DNA of 64,000 nt from Sneathiella sp. (GCF_041689005.1 NZ_JBDNHC010000106.1:7996-71995); one strand, 5' to 3'. Positions 20,637-30,811 are shown, counted from the stretch's first letter. Program-made: numbers and translations. Notes: generated by a model from the letters alone, not told the origin.

Positions 20637-20768
20637 GCCCAGCTCTCTTCAACCGCTTTAAAAAATATAACTAGTGATGCCGTCCGCGTATAGCGAGGAT
20701 CGGACAGCCAAAGCATCCTGATATATCCTCCGGCAGCGAGAGAGTCTACTGATATCCGGTTTTCTCCA

Positions 20769-22007
20769 TTATTCACCATAGCTAATACGCCAGACCGTAT
20801 TGCTGACTTCGTCGGCGACAAGCAGCGCTCCATCCGCCGCGACCGTCAATCCAACCGGACGGCCCCATATCTTCGCCGCCCCAGAATCCTCTGCCTCAAT
20901 GCGGAAACCGGTAGCAAAATTCTCATAGGATCCGGTTGGATGACCGTCCTTGAACGGGACGCGAACGATCTTATATCCCGTTGGCTTCGACGAATTCCAC
21001 GAACCTTGAAAGGCAACAAACGCGTCATTGACATAGTCCGCGGGAAACTGCGTGCCGGTATAGAAGGCGAGCCCCAAAGGCGCCGAATGGGCCTGAAACA
21101 GAACATCGGGAAGGATCGACTTCTCGACCATTTCGGGGGCCTTTTTGGCATAATCCGGATCGGGAATTTTGCCGGAATAGGCATAGGGCCAGCCATAAAA
21201 TCCGCCCTTTTTAACCTCGGTCAGGTAATCGGGAACCAGCCCGTCGCCATAGCCGTCACGTTCATTAACAACCGCATTAAGGGCACCGGTCGCGGGATTG
21301 AAATCGATGCCGACCGGATTGCGCAGTCCCGATGCGACCGTTTCCATGCGCCCATCATCGAGATAGAGTTTCTGGATACTGGCCCGTGGCAACGGCTCGA
21401 CACCGACGTTCGAGCTACTGCCAACCGAGATATAAAGGGCGTTGTCCGCGGAGTCATACAGAAGGTTGCGCGTCCAGTGGCCGCGCCCGTTCCCGAGGGA
21501 GCCCTTTTCAGTCACCTCCTCTATCTCACCGGTGGCCTCCGTATCCCCGACATTGAAATGCACGCGGCGAACCTGTGTCGGCTCGCCGATATAGAGCCAG
21601 TCGCCGACAACTGCCATGCCGTGGGGCCGGTCGAGATCGACCACAAGCGGTTTCTCGATTTCAGCGATCCCGTCACCGTCAGCATCACGCAGCAGTGTAA
21701 CTTCCCCGGCGCGTGGCTGGGCCAGAAGGACATCGCCGTTTTTCAGCGCCAACAGCCATCTCGCATTCGTCAGGTTGCGCCGAAAAGGTTTCACGTGAAA
21801 CATTGGCGGCAAATTCAACTCGCCTTCCTTGTTGGTACTGACGACCCGGGACTGCAAGGCGGCCATCGGTGTCGCGTAAGGCGCTGGCAAATCCGAGGCG
21901 CGGATTGTGATTTCCGCGCCCACCTTGTTACTATCCGCCGCTGCGTTTAACGCCATCAAGCCTGTCGTTGCCGCCAGCAGCATTGATACCAGTCTTGGAT
22001 ACTTCAT
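20769..22007 (-). CDS. PQQ-dependent sugar (glucose/sorbosone) dehydrogenase family beta-propeller, secreted
   Basis: Signal peptide, then blocks typical of soluble aldose dehydrogenases (HWTRNL, NERDGYGD, DYLT, GGFYGWPY). Confidence 0.75.
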   Translation of the reverse strand: MKYPRLVSMLLAATTGLMALNAAADSNKVGAEITIRASDLPAPYATPMAALQSRVVSTNKEGELNLPPMFHVKPFRRNLTNARWLLALKNGDVLLAQPRAGEVTLLRDADGDGIAEIEKPLVVDLDRPHGMAVVGDWLYIGEPTQVRRVHFNVGDTEATGEIEEVTEKGSLGNGRGHWTRNLLYDSADNALYISVGSSSNVGVEPLPRASIQKLYLDDGRMETVASGLRNPVGIDFNPATGALNAVVNERDGYGDGLVPDYLTEVKKGGFYGWPYAYSGKIPDPDYAKKAPEMVEKSILPDVLFQAHSAPLGLAFYTGTQFPADYVNDAFVAFQGSWNSSKPTGYKIVRVPFKDGHPTGSYENFATGFRIEAEDSGAAKIWGRPVGLTVAADGALLVADEVSNTVWRISYGE

Positions 22008-22143
22008 GTCGTCACTCCCGCCCTTTTCATGATAAGTATTTGGAAATCATTTTCAGCTATTATTCCTATATGGTCTTGTCTGCGGCCCATTGAAAGATAC
22101 ACTATGAACGGGGCGCCGTATGTTTGAAGGTCCGGATTATTGT

Positions 22144-22875
22144 ATGAGTAGTGAAAATTCTCCCAAGAAAGTACTTATCGTCATGCATCAGGCGACGTCG
22201 GATCCCGGCCGCGTCGGCGAAGTGATCCGCACCCGCGGGTTCGAGCTTGATCTGCGTATTCCGGCGATAGGCGATCCCCTGCCCGCCACCATGGACGATC
22301 ATGCCGCCGCCATCATATTGGGCGGCCCGATGAGTGCCAATGACGATCATGAGGACTATATTCGTGCCGAGACAAAACTGATCGATGTCATCTTGCGCTC
22401 CGAAACGCCCTATCTTGGGATTTGCCTTGGGGCGCAGATCATGGCCCGCGCTCTCGGGGCGAAAGTCTGTGAGCATCATGAGGGATATCGCGAGATCGGC
22501 TATTATCTCCTGACGCCGACAGAGGTCGGAAGCCCCCTCTTCACCGAACCGATGCAGGCCTATCAATGGCATCGCGAGGGATTTGATCTACCCACCGGAG
22601 CAACGCTTCTGGCCCAGGGCGAACTGTTTCCAAACCAGGCCTGTCGGGTCGGAAAAAACGCTTACGGGATCCAGTTCCACCCAGAGGTCACCGAGGCCAT
22701 GAACCGAAGATGGGCGACCAAGGCCGCCCATATGCTATCTGATCCGGGCGCCCAGTCGGCCGAAGCCCAATTTAACGGCCGCCGTCTGCACGACACCGGT
22801 CTTCGTGCCTGGCTTGATAATTTCCTCGACCACTGGCTCCCGGTGCAAGCGTCTGTCTCAAACGATACGCTTTGA
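22144..22875 (+). CDS. Class I glutamine amidotransferase-like protein
   Basis: GICLGAQ nucleophile elbow, and the QFHPE motif carrying the catalytic His. Confidence 0.75.
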   Translation: MSSENSPKKVLIVMHQATSDPGRVGEVIRTRGFELDLRIPAIGDPLPATMDDHAAAIILGGPMSANDDHEDYIRAETKLIDVILRSETPYLGICLGAQIMARALGAKVCEHHEGYREIGYYLLTPTEVGSPLFTEPMQAYQWHREGFDLPTGATLLAQGELFPNQACRVGKNAYGIQFHPEVTEAMNRRWATKAAHMLSDPGAQSAEAQFNGRRLHDTGLRAWLDNFLDHWLPVQASVSNDTL

Positions 22876-24048
22876 TTTCAATTCGGCGATCTCGTCACTG
22901 GAATATCCGAGGCTTTGCATAATCTCATCCGTATGTTCGCCCAGGGTCGGCGGACGACGTTTCATACTGGTGTCGGTTCGCGACATCTTGATTGGCAATT
23001 CGGTCAGAAGAACATCCTTTTCAAGTCCCGGATAGGCGACATGTTTCATTAACTTCATTGCCTCAAGATGCGGGTCCTCAAGAACCTCCTGCGGCGACAT
23101 AACGGGGCCGCAAGGCAATCTTACCTCGTCCATTGCGGCAATGGCTTCCTTGGTCGTCCGTTCGGCGCACCATTTTGCCATACGCTCCGTCAGCAGATGG
23201 TTGTTGTCGCCGCGTTTTTGATCCGTCGCGAATCGCGGATCCGTGAGCCAGTGTTCCTCGCCGACCAGTTTCGTCCAGCGCTCAAACAGGCGGGCGCCGA
23301 GGGACTGCACCAGCACCCAGCCATCCGTCGTTTTGAACGTATCACCCGGTCCGGCATTCTGTAAGCGGTTACCCGTCCCAACGCGATTTAGCTTCAGCAT
23401 CTCCTGCTCCAGCAGCGTGACACTGGAAATCAGGATGGCGGAGCCAAACAGCGACGTTCCGATGAGCTGACCTTCGCCGGTCGCGTCCCGGTGCCGCAAG
23501 GCCGCCATGACGCCCAGCGCGCCCATCAACGCCGTCGTAAAATCGACCCACGGGCTATATAGCTTGCGCGGTTCACCATCCTTGCCGGACATATGCATGA
23601 CCCCGGACATTGCCTGCCCCAGCCCATCGAAACCGATACGATTTTTATAGGGTCCCACATCGCCGAAAACCGAGGCATGCGAAAGAATGATATCTTCCTT
23701 AACCGCCTTCAGGCTCTCATAATCGAGCCCCATCGCCTCCAGGGTTTCTATCGGCAGGTTCGCGACGACAACGTCGGCCGTCTTGATCAGTCGTTTGACC
23801 ACTTCCCGCCCTTCCGGCTTCATCGGGTTAAGGGTCATGCCGCGCTTGTTCTGGCCAATTTGCAAAAACAATCCGCCATCCCCGGTCTGATCTTCACTGA
23901 GCGGCGTTATAAACCGATCCTCGCTGCCATCGATTTTTTCAACACGAATCACTTCGGCACCAAAATCAGCGAGGACCGTCGCGGTGTAGGGTCCGGCAAT
24001 ATAGCGGCCAAAATCCAAAACCCTGATACCTGTTAAAATGTTAGACAA
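22858..24048 (-). CDS. Family III CoA-transferase (CaiB/BaiF)
   Basis: 396 aa. GIRVLDFGRYIAGPYTATVLADFGAEVIRVE at the N-terminus is the family III signature. Confidence 0.85.
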   Translation of the reverse strand: MSNILTGIRVLDFGRYIAGPYTATVLADFGAEVIRVEKIDGSEDRFITPLSEDQTGDGGLFLQIGQNKRGMTLNPMKPEGREVVKRLIKTADVVVANLPIETLEAMGLDYESLKAVKEDIILSHASVFGDVGPYKNRIGFDGLGQAMSGVMHMSGKDGEPRKLYSPWVDFTTALMGALGVMAALRHRDATGEGQLIGTSLFGSAILISSVTLLEQEMLKLNRVGTGNRLQNAGPGDTFKTTDGWVLVQSLGARLFERWTKLVGEEHWLTDPRFATDQKRGDNNHLLTERMAKWCAERTTKEAIAAMDEVRLPCGPVMSPQEVLEDPHLEAMKLMKHVAYPGLEKDVLLTELPIKMSRTDTSMKRRPPTLGEHTDEIMQSLGYSSDEIAELKSKRIV

Positions 24049-24221
24049 CGCGATTTCCTCCTGAATGTTATTATTATTTTTCTCAGGTGTACTTACATAC
24101 TACCTTGACGGCGAGACTGCCTATTCTTTTTCAATTTAGCAATGATTTTAGCCCACCGAAAGCATTAATGCCGTCTTGGGGCGCAATTATCCCGGATCAA
24201 AGTCGAAAACCAGATGGGGAG

Positions 24222-24722
24222 TCAGATGGGAATAATTTCGACCCCGTCTGCTGTGGGGCCCTTTTCACCATTGGAAACGTTCAGTCGTACCCGCTGTGCC
24301 ATCACAAGATTAGCAAGCCCGGACTTTTCAAGGATCTTCATATGGACGAAAATATCGTCCCCGCCGTCATCCGGGGTGACGAAACCAAATCCCTTTTGTG
24401 GGTTAAAGAACTTGACGGTGCCAGCGACAAGCTCGCCGTCATCATTCATCCGCTGCAATACGGGCGCCGGCCCAAGATCGAGAATTCTTGAAACCTGCAT
24501 TCCGCGCTCCCCCGTATAAAGGTCACAGGTGATGAGTGCTCCTTCGGGCAGTCCCTGCAGGTTAATGGACTGCAGGACAGAGATATGAACAAATCCATCG
24601 TCCGATCCGTCCAGTGGTTCCACAAAACCGAACCCTTTCATTGTGTTAAACCATTTTACCTTGCATTTAACACTCTCTCTCATGCCCGTTGGGAGGGCTG
24701 CCGCGTTATTTCGTTCACCCAT
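24222..24722 (-). CDS. Cold-shock protein with two tandem cold-shock domains
   Basis: Two CSD repeats, each with RNP1/RNP2-like motifs (KGFGFVEP..DGFVHIS and KGFGFVTP..DIFVHMK). Confidence 0.85.
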   Translation of the reverse strand: MGERNNAAALPTGMRESVKCKVKWFNTMKGFGFVEPLDGSDDGFVHISVLQSINLQGLPEGALITCDLYTGERGMQVSRILDLGPAPVLQRMNDDGELVAGTVKFFNPQKGFGFVTPDDGGDDIFVHMKILEKSGLANLVMAQRVRLNVSNGEKGPTADGVEIIPI

Positions 24723-24837
24723 TTGTCCAAGTCCTTATAACTCTCTCCGTCATAATTATTGCCATGCCTAACGGATTAGTACACTTATATCGTATATATA
24801 TTTAATATATTACAACTATGTATTGCAGGCAAGCCGC

Positions 24838-25365
24838 TTAGTGAGTTCCCCGCACCGGATAGCTCTTCGCCCGCACAAATTTAAGTCCCTTCAATATTGC
24901 TTTCAGGTCCGGCCGTGCGAACGGCGCGTTCGATATATCTATGATTTGCACCCGCCCGTCCGGCCGAACGGCAAAAAGAGCTGGCTCGGCAAAGGGGCGG
25001 TCTGTTTCCTCGGGCGACCTGGGGTCTGAAATATACAGGCCGAGTTCAGACATTTGGTCCAGCTTCAGATTATAAGCTACCGGAAAAGTAAGGGATCCTT
25101 CATTGACCTGCGCCTTGGCCTTTTCCAGGCTATCCCCGGAAACCGCGATGACATCAATATCCTCGGCTGCAAATTCGGATTTCAATTCCTCCAGTGTCGC
25201 CAGATATTGTTTGCAGATCGGGCAATGCTTGCCGCGATATATAACGATAAGCTGCCAACGATCCTCCAGTTGACCGGCATCGCCCAGTACAATATCTCGG
25301 CCCGCAACCACCGGTAGGGACAAGACCGGAAATTTAGCACCTGCCGCGAGCTTTTTTTCTGTCAC
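24838..25365 (-). CDS. AhpC/TSA (redoxin) family thiol-disulfide oxidoreductase-like protein
   Basis: 175 aa with a thioredoxin-fold pattern and a CPICKQY motif. Confidence 0.65.
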   Translation of the reverse strand: MTEKKLAAGAKFPVLSLPVVAGRDIVLGDAGQLEDRWQLIVIYRGKHCPICKQYLATLEELKSEFAAEDIDVIAVSGDSLEKAKAQVNEGSLTFPVAYNLKLDQMSELGLYISDPRSPEETDRPFAEPALFAVRPDGRVQIIDISNAPFARPDLKAILKGLKFVRAKSYPVRGTH

Positions 25366-25575
25366 ATTCGTCTCCCTCGTTAAATCAATAAGATTTACAT
25401 TGGTTATCCGTAATAAAAATTTCCATACCGGTCGAATAATATCTATGGCATCGACATACCTGCCGGGCTGGCGCTATCTCGCCTTTTGCTGGTACTGCCC
25501 TAACGATTGCAATCTATTATTAGTTCCCTAGAATGGCGCTAATTTTTCGCCGCGTGTTTTACAGTCTGGAATCCC

Positions 25576-26607
25576 ATGGTAATCTCTTCCCCCCTCGATA
25601 TATTTCGCCGACAGCTCGCTGATTTGCCCAAAATTGATGTTACCGCGGCGAGCAAGGCTGCGGCGCGGGACGCTGTGCTCACCAAACCTGCCGGTGCACT
25701 TGGCCGCCTGGAGGAGATCGCGGTCTGGATGTCGGGATGGCAGGGTCGTCATCCGCCAACGATCGACCGCCCGCAAATAGCGATATTTGCCGGGAATCAC
25801 GGGGTATGCGATCAGGGGGTTTCCGCCTTTCCACAAGAAGTGACGGCGCAGATGGTCGCGAATTTCAACGCCGGGGGCGCTGCCATTAATCAACTTGCCA
25901 AGGTTTTTGAGGCGACTTTTTCGGTCACCGCGTTGGACCTTGATCATCCGACGGAGGATTTCACACGGGGCCCCGCCATGAGCGAGGCCGATTGCGCGGC
26001 AATGGTGCAGACCGGCTGGGAGAAAGTCGGGGATGATGCCGATATACTGGTCGTCGGGGAAATGGGAATTGGCAATACCACCGTGGCGGCGGCCCTAGCG
26101 GCTGCCCTGTTTGGCGGTAATGGCGCCGACTGGGCCGGTCCCGGCACCGGCGTTTCCCAACAGGGAGTAGAGAAGAAAGCCGCCGTTATCGATGCCGGGC
26201 TTGCCCGCCATGCCGACATACTCGATGACCCGGTTAAAATCCTCCAGCATCTGGGCGGACGGGAAATTGCTGCCATGTCGGGGGCAATTCTCGCTGCCCG
26301 GCACAAGAGGATCCCAGTCCTGCTTGACGGGTTCGTCGTCTGTGCGGCGGCGGCGATCCTGTATAAGGCAAACCCATCCGCCCTCGATCACTGTCTTGCG
26401 GCCCATGTCTCGGCTGAGCCCGGACACCGGAATTTATTACAGAATTTACAGAAAGACGCACTGCTTTCTCTCGGCATGCGACTGGGAGAGGGCTCGGGCG
26501 CTGCTCTCGCCCTAGGTGTCGTGAAGGGTGCCATCGCCACGCATACGGGCATGGCAAGTTTTGCCGATGCCGGCGTCAGCGGTGAAGCGCCGCCCCCTGA
26601 TCATTGA
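25576..26607 (+). CDS. cobT: Nicotinate-nucleotide--dimethylbenzimidazole phosphoribosyltransferase
   Basis: 343 aa with LTKP.GALGRLEE, VVGEMGIGNTT and REIAAM.GA motifs. Confidence 0.9.
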   Translation: MVISSPLDIFRRQLADLPKIDVTAASKAAARDAVLTKPAGALGRLEEIAVWMSGWQGRHPPTIDRPQIAIFAGNHGVCDQGVSAFPQEVTAQMVANFNAGGAAINQLAKVFEATFSVTALDLDHPTEDFTRGPAMSEADCAAMVQTGWEKVGDDADILVVGEMGIGNTTVAAALAAALFGGNGADWAGPGTGVSQQGVEKKAAVIDAGLARHADILDDPVKILQHLGGREIAAMSGAILAARHKRIPVLLDGFVVCAAAAILYKANPSALDHCLAAHVSAEPGHRNLLQNLQKDALLSLGMRLGEGSGAALALGVVKGAIATHTGMASFADAGVSGEAPPPDH

Positions 26608-27214
26608 TATAATTGACCTGCCAGCTGCCTGCGTCATCGCCTTTTCTATAGGAGCTCAGGCTCGTGAGCGACAATGGCGCGACCGACAGCGCAAGCATCT
26701 TGTCCACCGTCAACCCCAGCGCCAGGCCGACAATGGCGCGGATCGTTCCGGCATGAGCAACGATAATAATGTTATCAGCAGTCGCCGCTTGCCATAGCGC
26801 GTCAATCTGCGGATGCACGCGGGCGACCAATTGACTGAAACTCTCGCCCCCTGCAGGACGGTTTTCCGCCGGGTTTTCCCAGAAAGCGCGATACCCCGCC
26901 GGATCTTCCCGTTCGACATCTGCATGGCTTCGCCCTTCCCAGTCACCGAAATCCTGCTCCCGCAGGGAGGCCAGCAGGGTCGGGGTATCGGCATGGCCGT
27001 CTCTATGGCTGAATATCTCTCGCGCCGTCTCCCGGCAGCGCAGAAGATCACTGGAAAACACCTCGGCGCCATCGGGCAGAAGACTTGCAAGGGCTTGCAA
27101 TCTTGCGCGGTCGGACATATCAGCAGCCAAATCGCTTTGGCCGCATATGGTCGGGGAGAGAACCGGCGCGTGGCGGATAAGCCACCAGTTCCGCTTGCTA
27201 TATTCCAGTACCAT
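26576..27214 (-). CDS. Histidine phosphatase family protein (likely alpha-ribazole phosphatase)
   Basis: WWLIRHAPV (RH[GA] motif) and VAHAGTIRA (second catalytic His). Convergent with cobT and overlapping its 3' end by 32 nt. Confidence 0.65.
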   Translation of the reverse strand: MVLEYSKRNWWLIRHAPVLSPTICGQSDLAADMSDRARLQALASLLPDGAEVFSSDLLRCRETAREIFSHRDGHADTPTLLASLREQDFGDWEGRSHADVEREDPAGYRAFWENPAENRPAGGESFSQLVARVHPQIDALWQAATADNIIIVAHAGTIRAIVGLALGLTVDKMLALSVAPLSLTSLSSYRKGDDAGSWQVNYINDQGAALHR

Positions 27215-27228
27215 TGCGCCCCGCCCGG

Positions 27229-27747
27229 TTACTCCACCACCAGCTTAGTCAGCTGCCAGATAGAGCGACCGTAGTATTTTTCCTGGGCGAGGTTTTTATC
27301 GCTGTCGTAAGGATAGATAATCCAGAAGGGCGCATAGATATCCGGGTCGAGCCACTCCCCGTTCATTTTATACGCGATGATGACATCATATTCCTCGGCG
27401 TCGGAAAACGGGATTTTCACCGTGTAGCCATCCACTGCCGACAGCTTCAATATTGTACCTTCAGCCTCGACTGATTTCAGGATATCCCGCAGCAGGACGC
27501 CGCGGAACGTGGTTTTACCGGTGGTCCAGGGACTTGACGTCACAATTTTCGTTGGACTGGAAGCGGCCATATCGCCGGGGCTAAAATAGATTGCGCCCTT
27601 CTCCGACTTGATATTGCCCTGAATTGCCAGCCTTGCTTCGTCGGCGTTGGCGGTGGGCGCAAGTATCGCTATCAGGACGATGAACGCTGCCGTTAAAATG
27701 TGAAGCCGTCGGCCAATGGCGGCGTTGCCCGAAAATACAATACCCAA
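27229..27747 (-). CDS. Small periplasmic protein resembling the molybdopterin-oxidoreductase (Oxidored_molyb) substrate domain
   Basis: Signal peptide, then F.GVLLRDIL......ILKLSAVDGY...IP........VIIAYKMNGE.L. Start set at TTG 27747, 7 nt after AGGAGG; the longest ORF starts at TTG 27768. Confidence 0.4.
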   Translation of the reverse strand: MGIVFSGNAAIGRRLHILTAAFIVLIAILAPTANADEARLAIQGNIKSEKGAIYFSPGDMAASSPTKIVTSSPWTTGKTTFRGVLLRDILKSVEAEGTILKLSAVDGYTVKIPFSDAEEYDVIIAYKMNGEWLDPDIYAPFWIIYPYDSDKNLAQEKYYGRSIWQLTKLVVE

Positions 27748-27913
27748 TATCCTGCCTCCTGAAATCAATTTTACCCGCGGGTCAGCGCAACCATCCTAAC
27801 CCAGAACGCGGAAAACCAGAGGCCTAAATTCACCCAAAACCGAAAATCATGGAGGCCTCATCAATAATCGTATATGTAGCCGGTACCAAAATTAGTTTTC
27901 AAAAGGTGCTGTC

Positions 27914-28870
27914 ATGAAGCGAACCTTATTTGTCGCCTCGAACCGGTTAGGGGATGCAGTCCTGACGACCGGGGTCCTGCATCATCTTCTTGAAACCGAG
28001 CCTGACAGCGCTGTCACCGTCGTTTGCGGCGAAATTCCAAGGGATATTTTTGAAGCTATACCCGGCGTTACCCGGGTTATCGGTGTGCGCAAGCGCCGGT
28101 TCAGCCTGCATTGGCCGGAAGTGGCCTTCAGTCTGGGCCCGGTGTACTGGCACCGTATTGTCGATTTCCGGGCTTCGCTTCTGGGTTTTCTTCCGGCACG
28201 GCACCGCCATATCTGGAAAGGCGGTAAGGACGGCATTCACAAAGCTGTCGCCAATGCCAGACTGATCGGCGTCGATCACCCGCTCCCGCCCCGCATCCTG
28301 CCGACCCCATCTCAACTTATCGCTGCTGACCGCTGGCTCGGTCCCGCCAGCGGTCGCGCCAAAATACTGGCGATTGCCCCGACGGCAAATTTCTATCAGA
28401 AACAATGGCATCATGAGAATTTTCTGGCGTTGGCACAGCGTCTGACAGGGACCGGCGGCGTCCTTGACGGCGCCCGCGTCGCCGTTTTCGGTGCCCCGGG
28501 AGAGGAGGCGCAGGCCATGCCCGTCGTTGAGGCCCTGCCAGAGGCACAGGTCATTAATCTCGTCGGCCGCACCACTCCGATGGAGGCCGCAACCGTTCTG
28601 TCGCAATGCGCCTTATTTGTCGGGAATGATTCCGGGTTGATGCATACTGCCGTTGCCGTCAATATTCCGACGGTGGGCCTGTTCGGAATCGGCAAGCCCG
28701 AGGTCTATCGTCCCTGGGGTGAGAGGTCCCTGTGTCTGACAACCGAGCCCGGGGGCACGCCGGTTATACGCCGCGACGACGGCACCGACCCACTGCCGCC
28801 CGGCCGGGTAATCAGCGCGATTGAGACGTTTTACACTGGCCTAAGCAGCGCGGAAAGTGTCAGGACTTGA
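27914..28870 (+). CDS. Glycosyltransferase family 9 (LPS heptosyltransferase-like)
   Basis: 318 aa. N-terminal NRLGDAVLTTGVL and C-terminal VGNDSGLMHTA are GT9 hallmarks. Confidence 0.75.
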   Translation: MKRTLFVASNRLGDAVLTTGVLHHLLETEPDSAVTVVCGEIPRDIFEAIPGVTRVIGVRKRRFSLHWPEVAFSLGPVYWHRIVDFRASLLGFLPARHRHIWKGGKDGIHKAVANARLIGVDHPLPPRILPTPSQLIAADRWLGPASGRAKILAIAPTANFYQKQWHHENFLALAQRLTGTGGVLDGARVAVFGAPGEEAQAMPVVEALPEAQVINLVGRTTPMEAATVLSQCALFVGNDSGLMHTAVAVNIPTVGLFGIGKPEVYRPWGERSLCLTTEPGGTPVIRRDDGTDPLPPGRVISAIETFYTGLSSAESVRT

Positions 28871-30680
28871 TTTCCCGAAACGGCGTCACCGTGCCATCAA
28901 AAGCGAATTGATGATTGTAAAGCTCGGCGTAGACGCCCGCTTTCTTGAGAAGTTGGTCATGTGTCCCCGCTTCCACTATCTCACCGGCAACCACCACATT
29001 TATCAAGTCCGCATCCAGAATCGTCGACAGTCGATGGGCAATCACCAAGGATGTTCGCCCTTTCATCAATTGCTTGACGGCATTCTGGATTTTTCTCTCT
29101 GATTCAGTATCGAGAGCTGACGTCGCCTCGTCCAGCAGCAAAATCGGTGCATCCTTCAACATCGCCCGGGCAATGGAAATACGCTGCTTCTGACCGCCTG
29201 ACAAACGCACGCCCTGACTGCCGACAAGAGTGTCATATCCTTTCGGAAGGGCCGTGACAAATTCATGAACCGCCGCAGATTTCGCAGCCCTGATGATCTC
29301 CTCCTCACTGGCGTCATCGCGACCGTAGGCGATATTCGCCCTGATCGTGTCGTCAAACAGAAACACGTCCTGGCTGACAAGGGCAATGTTTTGGCGCAGC
29401 GACTGCAGCGTGACGTCCCGGACATTCTGGCCATCCACCAGAATCTGGCCGCCGCTGATATCATAGAATCTCGGAATAAGGTTGAGGATGGTCGTTTTTC
29501 CGCCCCCTGAGGGTCCAACCAGAGCAACACGCTTACCCGCCGGCAGGGTGAGGGAGATATCCTTGAGGATAATTTCTTCGGGGTTATAGGCGAAGCTCAC
29601 ATGATCGAATTCGATCTTCCCGTTATGAAATTCGAGCGGCGCCGCCGACGGGGAATCGACAATCTCATGCTGAATGTCCAGCAAGTCAAAGATACGATGG
29701 GCAGCGGCAAGCCCGCTCTGCATTTGCGGGAATATCTTGGCAACGCTCTTTGTCGGCTGGTAGGCCAGCATAATCGCCGTGATAAAAGCAAAAAATGTTC
29801 CGGGGGTCAACTGCCCGTCTATCACGTTGCTTGCCCCGTAAAAAATCACCGTGGCCACGACCAACCCGGCAAGCGTTTCAACGATGGGACCACTTGACGC
29901 CGCTATGCGCAGAGCCTTGTATTGATATTTGAACCGTCCTTCAATAACCTCATCCCCCTGTATAGAGGCCTGTTTTTCCCGGCCATAGGCCTTGACCACA
30001 CGGATGCCCTGAAAGTTTTCATCAAGAAAAGAGCTGAAATCAGCCGTCTGCTCCAGAACCTTGTGCGAGGCCTTGCGCGATCGCTTGCCCAACTGCCGAA
30101 TAGCGAGCGCGCCCGGTGGAAGAGCAATTAGAATAAAAAGCGCCATCTTCCAGTCATAGTAAAACAGGGAGGCAATCAGAAAAATTGCCGTGAGGCTATC
30201 CTTGGTGAGTACGACCAGTGTCTGGGTGGCCGCCGTTTTCAGATAATTCGTATCAAAAACAAACCGGGAGACCAGATTGCCCGGCGGGTTGCCGTGAAAC
30301 CAGGCAAGGTCAGCGAGAACAAGTTTCTTGAACAGGGTCTTCTGGATATCTGAGACAACCCGCGTTCCGACCCAGTCCATGATAAGGGTTTGGCCATAAG
30401 CGGCAAAGCCGCGGGCAACAAATATGAAAATAACGGCGATGGTCGTATATAAAACGAACTCCCCGTTCTTCTCAAAAAACACTTTATCAACAATCGGCTT
30501 CATGACAAACGCGGTCGCCGCGGACGTCAAGGCGCTGATCACCATAAAAACAACGGCCGCGAACAAACGCACCTTGTATGGCGATACATATTCACGCAGC
30601 AGTCGCCCATAAATGGCGGTAGATGCAGCAGTTTTACCGGGTGAACCGGGGATCGGGTCGCTCAATATCTTTCCAACCAT
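28860..30680 (-). CDS. ABC transporter, fused permease/ATPase (MsbA-like lipid exporter)
   Basis: 606 aa with six N-terminal TM helices, Walker A GPSGGGKTT, signature LSGGQKQR and Walker B ILLLDEATSALD. It is adjacent to the GT9 gene. Confidence 0.85.
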   Translation of the reverse strand: MVGKILSDPIPGSPGKTAASTAIYGRLLREYVSPYKVRLFAAVVFMVISALTSAATAFVMKPIVDKVFFEKNGEFVLYTTIAVIFIFVARGFAAYGQTLIMDWVGTRVVSDIQKTLFKKLVLADLAWFHGNPPGNLVSRFVFDTNYLKTAATQTLVVLTKDSLTAIFLIASLFYYDWKMALFILIALPPGALAIRQLGKRSRKASHKVLEQTADFSSFLDENFQGIRVVKAYGREKQASIQGDEVIEGRFKYQYKALRIAASSGPIVETLAGLVVATVIFYGASNVIDGQLTPGTFFAFITAIMLAYQPTKSVAKIFPQMQSGLAAAHRIFDLLDIQHEIVDSPSAAPLEFHNGKIEFDHVSFAYNPEEIILKDISLTLPAGKRVALVGPSGGGKTTILNLIPRFYDISGGQILVDGQNVRDVTLQSLRQNIALVSQDVFLFDDTIRANIAYGRDDASEEEIIRAAKSAAVHEFVTALPKGYDTLVGSQGVRLSGGQKQRISIARAMLKDAPILLLDEATSALDTESERKIQNAVKQLMKGRTSLVIAHRLSTILDADLINVVVAGEIVEAGTHDQLLKKAGVYAELYNHQFAFDGTVTPFREIKS

Positions 30681-30811
30681 ACCGAATATAAGTGCCTGTT
30701 CCTACCATGGTCCGCTTTTCAGGGACAATTAAATTGCCGTGCCAGCACAAAGAACTGTTCGAGCTTCGACCCGTTTACAACAGTCTGAAACGCTGGATCG
30801 CATATGCCTAT

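Noticed and set aside
20637-20768. CtrA-box-like TTAA-N7-AAC in the gcrA upstream region.
   Set aside because: The second half-site does not match TTAA(C). One half-site in AT-rich DNA is not informative.
20940-21950. Long antisense or shadow ORFs opposite real genes. Examples: 20940-21950(+), 33257-34090(-), 40212-41054(-), 2611-3237(+), 9772-10530(+), 17598-18323(+), 61679-62542(-), 15740-16297(-).
   Set aside because: Each lies entirely within a gene with strong family motifs on the other strand. Their products are Arg/Gly/Pro/His-rich with no recognisable motifs, which is typical of open antisense frames in moderately GC-rich DNA.
25366-25575. Possible cobalamin riboswitch in the 210-nt region upstream of cobT. 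It contains ACCTGCC, reminiscent of the end of the B12 box.
   Set aside because: Only this 7-mer matches. The rest of the B12 box (AGYCMGGAGA) is absent. So are the other conserved elements as I recall them: the GGGAA, GGTGAAA..CC and GCCACTG blocks. A covariance-model scan (Rfam RF00174) would settle it, and I expect no hit.
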